DNA from: Tubiluchus corallicola
Taxonomy: Eukaryota > Animalia > Priapulida
Direction of reading: 5' to 3'
Length of the DNA stretch: 64,000 nt
Assembly (NCBI GenBank): GCA_030141605.1
Contig: JAQGDQ010000005.1
Location: 558,180-622,179, forward strand
Both the position numbers and the translations under genes were made by a program. Under the pieces are notes generated by a model. That model was not told where the DNA came from and did no database searches. It worked only from the letters and a program-made list of their open reading frames with translations. Of this stretch, positions 54,301 through 64,000 are shown piece by piece; the first letter of the stretch is position 1, and each line of letters opens with the position of its first letter.

Positions 54301-57300
54301 TTCCACATTTAGTTGCCAGGCTAAGCAAGGCGTTGGTCGGATCAACTCCACCGGAAAGCACCAGGATTAGTGGCACAGTTGCCGTAGATTCTTCCACTGC
54401 CGCGTTCATTTCTAGCAATGGTGGTTCTACGAATCTGTCAATAATTATTTAACTTTTAACATTAAGTTAAGTGTTAACATTGACCCCAACACAAATTGGC
54501 AGACAATAAGCATCTGTAGAATGACGCCGTGGAACTAATGTAATTGAAAAACTAATGTTAGAAACTATAAGATTAACCTTAGTCCATCAAAGTCAAAAAA
54601 CTTACTTCAAACCCATGTTGTTCACTATAAAAGCTTTCACACAAAATGAAACTCGATCTGGTCTCATGGAACGGACAATTAGCATGCGTTGTAGCTCGCT
54701 GCAATTTGTTTCCCATTCACCTGAAATTCAACAAATAATTTAGCAATGCAAACAGTTTCGTCGGCTTTCTTAACAGCTCTGGTAAAAGCCATTGGTAAAA
54801 TAATAAAAATATTATTTCAACATTTTTGAGCAAAACAGTCCAATTCAATATGTGACCTGAGGTGCACTATTATGAAATATCCATAAGAACAAACAACAGA
54901 TACAAAAATAGTCAAATTGAATAAAGCACTTGTAACAAACATCACTGATAAACAAGCATGATAAGCGAAAAACAAGCAGCATAAATTATGCAACTTTACA
55001 AAAGAACCAGCAACTACATACCTGGCATGAAAGCCGTTTCAGGTTCAGCACTTGTAAACCATACATTCCAATCTCGTGGATACTGTTCAAATGAACCAGC
55101 AAGTCCATGAAAGTTTGACAGCTTGTCTAGTTCAGTGATGTTATCCCATGAGCTCTCAGCAATCCAATTAGGACAAGGATTATCCATCTGCTCTTCCTTA
55201 TCAAGAACCTAGAATGAAGAAATTAGCAAAATAGATTGCTTCTAAAATAAAATGGGAACTGAATTCTATTAATGGTTTGACATAACGCCTATTGCCTAAT
55301 AAGCAAGATGAGTCAAGGATGCATTTGCAAGATTTTCATGAGGCCAACATAAAATAAGTTATTTCTGCAAGATCTTATAAAGATTTTAGTTTATCAAAGC
55401 TTGTTTGGTTTTCATTTGGCAAACTTTAATGCAACATGATAGACATTAATAAAGCAGTTACTGCACAGAGTTTAATTATCACTGTGCAGGAACAACACAT
55501 TACAGTAAAATAATAATCATTTTTCACACATTGTTCCTCCCTTCAAATGAAATTCCATTAAAAACCCATATTAGAAATACAAAGCTTAGTGGAAAGCAGC
55601 ACAACAGTTCTCCTATTTTCTGGAAAAACCTGGTAAGTCAACTTCAGCTAGCTTTGAGAAAATGGGAAAAACTATTTTCACTTGCCAAGAAGCAATGGCT
55701 TTATGAATTACATTAAAATTTAGAATAAATGCACATTGAAAGGTGTTTTATTATTCTGTAAAAAACGAAATAAATAATTGAAGTTATTTTTACATTAATG
55801 AACTCACTAAGTTGCAAAAGAAAATATGCCTCCAGTACATGCTGCTTCTTTTGTTTTCAAAGAGTGGGACTTACTAGGTTTCTGTGAATGTTCAAGTATT
55901 GCCAATTGTCAAGTTGTCAAGATAAAAATAAGCTTGGATTTACAATGAACACAAGCAAAAACCCATAAAAACTTTTTAGGACAATTTAGATAAAAAGTGT
56001 ACATGATCGCTCATTAACATTCAGAAGATTTTTTAAGGTCTTCTTTTCATACAAATACATATGCATGCACACTCGTACACATGCAAAAAGGGTGCAACTG
56101 TTTATTAAAATGAAGTGTTTGAAAACATTGCAAATGTTAGACGACAGAAAGAAATGTGCATACTAACCACACCACCCCTTAGGAAAAAGTTGTATTCGTC
56201 CATGTTAATCTTGTTTGCTGCTTCCATTATCTTTACGCACATTTGAAAAGAGAACAGCAGTTTGTGTTTTTCAAATAATGCTCGACATGTGTACCTGTTA
56301 ATGAATAATCACATTAGCTTTAAAATCAGATTTTAAAGCAACTAAAAGCATAAACATCAACATTACTGTGATTGTGTAGAAAACGTAATAACATTATTTT
56401 ACAAACCAAAACTTGCCATCCTATTCGTAGTGTGTTTATTTCAAATCTCTAAGTATGTTTCTACTCTCTTTTGAGCTCTATTCCTAATGATATTGGTAAA
56501 AATTCTGAAAGTTTTAAGTGTCTCTGCAGCAATACTTTCTTATTTATCAACTCAACAGCCGCAAAGTAATGAAGCATGCTTGAAAAAAATAACAATCAAC
56601 ATGTTGACAGGAACCATTCTATCAACATATAAAGCACTAGAAAAATTCAACACATCACTCTTACGATGTAAGTACCTTTTCATGATGTACAGGTATACAT
56701 ACTTGCATTTATTTACCTGGTGTTGTTGTAAGTAGCTTATTACCGATGCACAAGTATGTTCACTTGCGGTCATTCACTTGGTGTATATTTTTTACAATAT
56801 ACAGGTACCGGGTATATTCATTTGTGCTTACTCACTTGATGCACATCTTTTTTACGATGTACTGGTATGCTCACTTCCCTGTACAGTATCTCTTCACAAA
56901 GTACAGATATGCTCGGTTGTCTTTACTCACCTGTACACAGCATAGGTGTGATAATCATTAAGAAGCTGAATGCGCTCTTCAAGGTTTTTGCTCCTTTGAC
57001 TCTTCTCTATGGAGACGTTATACAGGTCTATGTAAGCATCAAGTGAAAACTGATACATGGGATCTATGAGACCCATATCATTTATGACAAAGAACAGCAT
57101 TGAAGCTCTATGTGCACATGGTCTGTAGGCCTGAAACGCAAACAATGCTTATTAATTGCACCACAATTCTGCAAAGTACAATGAAATGTTTTATGTTAAT
57201 ACTGAAATCCCAAAATCCCCAATCACTTACCTCTCGCGCAACATCAATCTTTTTTTCAGTATCTTCACTAATGAGAAGTTGCTCTGCTACTTCTTTTGAA

Positions 57301-60300
57301 GTTGCTTTTGAGTCCTGCAAAGTGTTAACTAGTTCTTCATCATCTAAAAGGGAACCTTGGGTCTCATTCAGTAACCTAGAAAAAATGTCTAGCTAATTTA
57401 TGCTGCAATCAAATATACGACTACGGCGACGTATGTTACACGTCAAACACTATCCTTAAAAAAATGCTAAGGATTTTGTTCATGTCATCAAAACCTAAAT
57501 CATTAGAAATTGTACTTGTCGTCTTGACTTTTACATGACTTCTTATTTCTCTCCTCTCTCTTCGCTCCCCTCTCTCCCCGCTCTCTCATTGTAGTCATTC
57601 TGTGTCATTTAATACTTACCTCAGTAATAGTTATACACTGTTATTCAGTTTTACTTACCAATTGGAATTTTTCAGTGTACCAAATTCTTCACAATTGTTG
57701 ACGTAGTTAAATTATTCACCACAGGCTCCTTTGTTTTGTACACGTATTCAAAACAGAATGCAAGGAAACCTGTAAATGCTTGCTGATAAATTCGCTTAAG
57801 AAAAGTTAGAGTTTTGGTGTTATAAGCCTTTACTGTTTCAGGACTACTTACATAAAAAAATCATTTTAATGCACTGACCGTAAAATCTCATTTTCCAGTT
57901 CAATTAGCTTCCTACGACCATCTGCAATGCTTAGCACCAGACTATCTTTCTGTTCTTCGAGCTCCGGTCGTTCTTTACGAACCACATTTCCCAACAACTG
58001 AGCTTCTAGACCTGCATTCAGTTAATGAAACTAGTAATATCATTGTTCACAGTAGATCAACGCAAGGAATCAGTAAATTAGCCCATGTATTAAACTCGCA
58101 TAATAACTAGTTTGCTAAACAACACAAAATGTAGAATCAAAAAGTTTTAAAGAAATACATTGCATCTGTTGGAAAACCTTTGAAAATATCATCTCTTGTC
58201 AACTGACAGACTAGAAAAAGAAACAGGTTTTAAAAAAGTGAAACTTTTGGTCTACCTGCTAAATTTGATTTCTGTTTTTATAATCTAAGTGACTCAGGTG
58301 AATAACAATATCAAGTACAAAAAAATTTTCTCCAAGGAAAACAAGTCCAAAGAAGTTCCAAGTTGTAGAAATTTGTAGCATAAGAGCTTGATAATACGCA
58401 TGAATAATATAATTTGCTAGGCAATTCCGACATTCTTAATTAAATGATTTTACCTTGTTCTTTTACAGCAAAATTGACAACTGTAGCTTTAGATGTTATC
58501 TCTGGTAAATAATGTGGATTGCTTAATTTGGTTGTAATGTAGAATTTAAAACCTGTATTGTACACAATTTCTTTATCTCCTAATTTTATGAAAGTTGCTC
58601 CATCTGAAAGTGAAACAAAAAAATTTAAAATCTAATTTAAGCCACAAACAATTTACAAGATTTTATATTAAATCAGATCATACTGCAAGTCCCTGCTTAA
58701 CATATTAGTACTAACGGTCATGAAATTTTCTTAATTAATGATAAATGAATCCTATTAACAACAAATTTTTAACTTTACTTAAAATACCAAAACTTAATTT
58801 ACAGTGTAATCTTACAAAAATGTGCTAAGTAATATAAATCCATGGGGTTACTTATGTTTTTGTGCCCAAGCAGGCAGTCGGACATTGACTACATATGTCA
58901 ACTATCTATATATACAATAATCTATATATATAGATAGTTGTATATCTGCTCACTAATGAATCGTCTTTGATTTGTGCTGTTCAAAAGACAAAAAATATCA
59001 GCAATTAGCATAAACCAGCATAAAAAATCCACACAATAGAAACTAGAGAGGAAAGTTTTCTCCTAATTAAAGGACATAGAGTATAATTTGAAATTTGCAA
59101 TACTGTAAGAATCGGTTGCAAGACCACATGCATTTTGTGCAAATTGTCACTGCATTACCAGTGCACATATACAAGCAATAAATGTCATAAAACACTGTCT
59201 AATCATTGGTATTACGTTTTTAGGTGAGACGCTGTTGGAAGTGCACTATCTGGGAAAGGTCTACTGTTGCCCTTTTTATTGTAATACTGACAGCTTATTA
59301 TTTATTTCTCTTATTGCAAATAAACAGCACCACTGAGTAAAAGCTTTGAAATACCTGCAAGATAATCTTGTAAATAAGCCTACAAAGTGGATATACATAA
59401 GATTTGTAGACATTATAATTTTGCATCTAAGCAATTACTCATAAAGTAATAATCTACCTCTTTTTATGATTGACTTATTAAGCAGCGGTTCAAGTGATCG
59501 GTCAAGTTTTTCCAGGACATTATTCAGTAACACAGGTGTGCCAAATTGGATAGCATTTTCTAAAACTAGCAGGTAATCGGTCTGTTGAAAGTCAATCACC
59601 TGTAAATCCTGTAATTAGAAAAAATAAATAAAAATTAATATAAAAAACTAACGTGGTGTTTTACAGAATGAAAAAATCTGTAGACAAACTTCCATGCGAA
59701 AACCTACAACTGCTATGAATCTTTTTAAGAATTAAATTTTTGACACTTTGATAGTAAGTAATCACCATTGTGTTCCTTCCACACTTGCCACTTAGTTAAA
59801 ATCAAGTACACTAAGATACCCAAAAGAGTAAGGTGACTAAAATCTTTCCTCCAAGACAGCAGAGTGTTACCTTAACTTATCTAGAACCATAAACAATTGA
59901 CTTAAACTTGATCACTTACTAGCAAGACCAAATATTGCTTAACAATTAAAAATAGATCTGAATAAGAAAGTTACGGTAAATTGAATCACAAACTGCAGAT
60001 GTTCTTCCATGCATACATCTGAGGAAAGACAAATTTATTGTTTAAAATTTTGCATAAGAAAATGTATTACTGTTTTATCATACAAGATTCAAATGCACAT
60101 GACAAATGACAAAAAACTGCACTGATAATAAAACAATAATAGTTCATAACTAAGATAATAATATGGTAGCAAAATTGATGTTCAAAATTTCAGTGTAACA
60201 ATGAATTTAAGTCTAATACATTAAGGCTCAAAACTTACTCGTTTTGCTTCCATATTTTTGATCCACTTAATTGCCTGTCCTTGAGGATCTATAGCCAAAG

Positions 60301-63116
60301 GCCACCGAAGACATCGATTAACTATGACGCCATTTTCACTAGAGAATATATCACTAGGCAAGCCTTGTATATTCCATTCACGTATAGTCGTCTCTTTCTC
60401 CAAAAATTCCGTCACACTGAAGTTAGGATTACAAGGAATGTCCAACATTTTGATCTAAAATATAAGAATAAGAATAAACATGATAATTGTATCGCAATGT
60501 ATTATAATGGTATCACTAATCAAGTCGACTTAATTTTCATTAAACTAAAGAAGTCAGTGTTTACCTGTTTAAACCAGATACCAAAGACTAGCTCATCTCT
60601 GTAATTAGAAAGGAAAGGTCCGAGATATGATATAAATGCAGCTGCCAAGATGCAATCTCCAATGCAGTAAACCATGCTCTTTTCTAAATTCTAAAAAAAA
60701 GAAAACTTTCTAGAACAACAGTGAGAAAATGTAATGCTAAGAGCAAGAGAAGATAAGTATCAAAACCGCAAAGCAGAAGAAACAAATCAGGTTCCAATGA
60801 TAATAAAGCAGCCAAAATTTCATTATTTAAAAGAGTGAAAGGAATTATTAACCTCCACAGTAATCTCCCAGCGTTCCCTCTCACTTGCCAGTCCCTCTAC
60901 AAGTTTACCAGCTCGATCAAGTTTCAGCTGAGTCGCTTCAGATTTCTTCCGCAGTTCCTCTTTTTGAGAAAGCTTCTCATTATACTGCTCCTTCAGCAGT
61001 TCCATCTTCTCGTTAAGCTAAAGTAATAGCAACTATATAACTAATGGGTCAGTGGATTTAAAAATTTAAAGCGATATACAAAAGGCAACTACTATTTTTT
61101 AATGCCAACAAACTATATGCTGCATAATGCAGTGATTGGAATTCACATATGCCAAAACTCAAGCATGTTTAATCATATCAGCAAAAATAAACTACCGATT
61201 ACAATGACTTAAGTGACTTACAAAGACCGTTCCTTTATAAGAGCAATTACACATATTACTAATATTTGTGCAATGTTTTATTTTTCAAATATCTGTAAAA
61301 GACAGTAATCATTACTATCTAGGCAATCATTAATTTATTATTACATGTATTATCATAGTTAGCAATTTCAACTTTGTAATATTTTTTTGGGAAAAATTTT
61401 CTGTGGCAATTGACACTATTAGTGCATAACTAGGCACAATATCTTTTACTTGTTGAATAACTGGCCTGACAAAACTAACAAAACAGTAAACAGAACCAAA
61501 TCTGAGTAAATGGTACATATGTAAATCCTTATAATTATGCTTCGACGTTTATTATACAAATGGTTTTTTTAAAGTGCCTTTTTTTCATATTATATACCAT
61601 GTCCTTCCACCTCTCGATTTATCTAGTGCCAAATGTTTCCGTTAACAGTGGGTCAGATGTTTTTGTATTTACCGTCTGAACAAATAGCGTTTTCCAGTCG
61701 GACTGTGCCAGTAGAAAAATATTCTAATTTTAATTTTCATCAACTATTTAATGCAACATATTAAGTTTCTGTCACTATTGTTCGGTTATTGAATAGAAGT
61801 CGTTTGTATATCATGTACCAAACACTGAAAACATAGAATAAACCAATTCATGAACAAATAACTAAGTGAACTGCAGTAATTCATAAAAAGATTTTTTCAT
61901 AAAAGAAAAAATTTTCGTTTTCATGCAGCAATCCTTACTTCTTGCAATTTAGCTTTAGCATCAGCGAGAGACTGTTGTTTTAGATTTAGTTGATACGTAG
62001 CCTGCTCCAACCGTTGCTTTTTAGGCAAAACAACTCTGTACAGAAAAAAACAAAAAAGCTTAACTTAAAATTTTGGCTGATAGTGATAGCTTGCATCTTC
62101 TATTTTATAAACTTTCAAACCTATCAAATGCTATTACATACTTATACATAGCAAAAAATTGTGTTAAACAGAAGCCTTGGTGTTACACATGAAGTACTAG
62201 TTGCAATAAATTTTAACCTGTACAGTTTAAATGCTGAGTGAATTTACCTGTACACATGACCATATTTGTCCATTGCTCGTACCCACATGCAAAGAGACTT
62301 TGCTGCAAGTGAAACTCGTCCAATTATTTCAGGTTCAAAATCGTCTCTTGCAACGTAGCCGTCAATTTTCTTCAAAACCCGATCAGTAATGTTGTCTTTG
62401 TCAAAATTCATCAACTGAGCCAAGAAAGTGCTGTCACCTAGTTGCCTAAAAATAATAGTGTGTAGTTTAGTTTTAGCTAGTTTCCAATCCTCATTTCTAA
62501 TAATGCTTATTACTAGTACCTAAAGAAGCAAGCTTTGCTTTAAATGTTTTTCTATGTAGACCTATAGATAAGGTCATTTCCCAGACTCAACCAAAGCAAT
62601 GAAACTTGAAAAAATTGCTAAACCTGCACAAGAAATGTATCTTTAAATCGACTTAAGAAACCCTCCAGTGTTTTACATCCATTTTAAGAATAGCAGCAAA
62701 TTAGCATTGTGCATACTATGTAAGCAACTTCTGGCAAACAATTGTCTGGCCAAAGGAAAAGCTATTGCGTTAACTACCACGATATAGAGCGTTTTAACAC
62801 AGACAAACGTTTACGAAAGCCTGATCAAAGATCAATTCAAGGCTGCCCTATTTAAGGAAGATTACGTTATGATAAAGTAAGGCATTTATAAGCTTCGGCT
62901 TGATAAAAGGGCATGAGCGAAAATTTAAAAACAAATCTGCAAGGCTCTAGAATCTATCAGACCTTTTTGCTTCGGCCCACGTGGGTTCAGAACCACGAAG
63001 AATCATGACAGCTTCCATGACTTTTTCCACCAACACAGGTGGTCGTCCATATGATTTAATCTCAGTCATGTCCTTCTTGTTCAGTGATTCTAGTGCTTTT
63101 AGAGCTTCACGTAGAG
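45389..63116 (-). CDS. DNAH2: Dynein axonemal heavy chain 2 (inner-arm I1/f beta-type), 5'-partial; 25 exons covering the stalk/microtubule-binding domain, AAA5, AAA6 and the C-terminal domain
   Basis: Exons (high to low): 62963-63116, 62248-62445, 61939-62035, 60853-61017, 60565-60690, 60239-60454, 59458-59608, 58454-58603, 57879-58011, 57231-57375, 56931-57130, 56168-56294, 55022-55208, 54606-54720, 54218-54434, 52095-52286, 51571-51762, 50603-50787, 49602-49824, 48894-49010, 47930-48079, 47272-47404, 46875-46999, 45683-45830, 45389-45528 (TGA); phases are all consistent. DNAH2-like motifs: ALESLNKKDMTEIKSYGRPP, RWPLAIDPQGQA, DPMYQFSLDAY, LSLGQGQAP, WVFLANCHLSLSWMP, YYIPKDG, EAFGQHPNADISSQI, DHWIKRGTALLM. 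Confidence 0.93.
46078..46155 (-). pseudogene. Degenerate 5S rRNA-like fragment (pseudogene or SINE3 head) in a DNAH2 intron
   Basis: The minus strand actgaagttaagcagtgctgagcctgactgatcact resembles the 5S internal control region (gaagttaagcagcgtcgggcctggttagtact). The rest is poorly conserved. Confidence 0.35.
48547..48719 (+). mobile_element. Putative tRNA-derived SINE with (CA)n tail
   Basis: Starts with A-box-like tagctgaatggtta, spans ~170 bp and ends in cacacacacacac. The B-box is degenerate. Confidence 0.4.
50788..51570 (-). other. Non-canonical GC-AG intron in DNAH2
   Basis: The donor reads GAG|gcaagt and the acceptor tag|GTG, joining the conserved peptide FNDSDFE|VSENLL in frame. 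Confidence 0.88.
51872..51982. repeat. Degenerate (GAT/GAC)n trinucleotide repeat, intronic
   Basis: gatggcaatgatgatgttgatgacagcgatgatgatgatgacgat... tract. Confidence 0.85.
52748..53555. mobile_element. hAT-superfamily non-autonomous element (808 bp) in a DNAH2 intron
   Basis: TIRs caggggcgtcgtgc and gcacgacgccactg match 13/14. A perfect 8-bp TSD ctttgagc lies at 52740-52747 and 53556-53563. No transposase ORF. Confidence 0.9.
56655..56935 (-). repeat. Degenerate minisatellite (~45-60 bp unit) abutting a DNAH2 splice donor
   Basis: On the minus strand the module (c)ag/aa|gtgagtaa...caagtgagcatacctgtacat.gtaaaaaa recurs about five times, starting at the true donor at 56930. Confidence 0.65.
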
Positions 63117-64000
63117 CTGCAAATGATGAACAACGTGGAAACAATATTGCTAGAATGGACTGACACAGCATCAGGAATGCATTTCTATACTAAGCACCTG
63201 TACCTTCTCCGAGTAAATTATCTGTATATATCTAATGTATATTAATTCTGTTGGTATTCGTGTAACTTCAGTGATTATAGCCTCAACGATTATCAACTAT
63301 CCACACATCAGACGAAAGACCTCGGGAGAAATAACAGACAAAAGACTTCTAAAAATGGGTATTTTTTGCCCATTTTTAGCAAAACCTCCTTAATTAGACA
63401 GAAAAAGAACACACCGGAGATGGAGATGGTGACAGTTAGACAACACGTTCAACAGTGTATGAGTTGGGCAAGTTTGGTTTCCCGGAAGGCCCATGCTTCC
63501 TGCAAATGGCATTTTTCTGAACCTACATGCCCATTTTTTTAGATGTTGACTGTAAATCTTGTACAAAAAGGTGTTAAATCCTTGATGGGGTTTTGCAGGG
63601 AGTTCTGCATCTCTTTGGAATGACATGGAACTAGATTATGTGTCTTTTTTATCAATATCTACACCAGGACAAATGCCTGAGGATTAATCCTATGTTTGTT
63701 TTAGGGGACCTCACTTGAAAAACTGTAAGACACATATACATTCTTGTGACATCATCTCATTATATGTTGCCTTCGCTTTAAAAGCTGCTGGGCGCCGGCT
63801 GTTAATTGCACAATTTGTATTGCATTTCTCTATTATATGCAGCATCATTAAAAGGAACAATAATAAGCTAAAGCTATGTAGAAGATTATGCCCAAAATGC
63901 TTTTGCATAACTTTGCCTGTTCATACTAATGCCAGAATTTTCTGAGCTTTAAATAAAAGGGATAGTAGTGATTTCTTAAAAAATAACAAAAAAACAAACA

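Noticed and set aside
62941-63100. Inverted match (aaggctctagaatc vs gattctagtgcttt) flanking a DNAH2 exon
   Set aside because: A 12/14 match is within chance expectation in AT-rich sequence.
63250-63945. Short ORFs at the window end as further DNAH2 exons
   Set aside because: No dynein similarity was recognised; the sequence looks intronic or repeat-derived.

Overview
This is AT-rich, intron-rich animal (invertebrate-like) genomic DNA, not prokaryotic. Most tracked ORFs are exon fragments or noise. I assembled four spliced genes by hand with consistent intron phases. (1) The 3' eight exons of porcupine (PORCN, Wnt O-acyltransferase), + strand, 1162-5718. (2) A full-length TTLL4 tubulin glutamylase of ~1121 aa, + strand, 10514-28351. 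(3) A tandem, divergent TTLL4 paralog of ~572 aa, + strand, ~35656-43882. It has the same intron positions and phases, but no long N-terminal extension and substitutions in the acceptor-specificity motifs. (4) The 3' 25 exons (~1330 aa) of axonemal dynein heavy chain DNAH2, - strand, 45389-63116, tail-to-tail with the TTLL4 pair and including one GC-AG intron. Introns and spacers hold two hAT-type MITEs with 8-bp target-site duplications (TSDs), a non-autonomous Helitron, LINE and SINE remnants, a possible Sola-like transposase fossil, and tandem and simple repeats. The most interesting object is the intact, active-site-remodelled TTLL4 duplicate. Family assignments rest on recalled motifs, not database searches.
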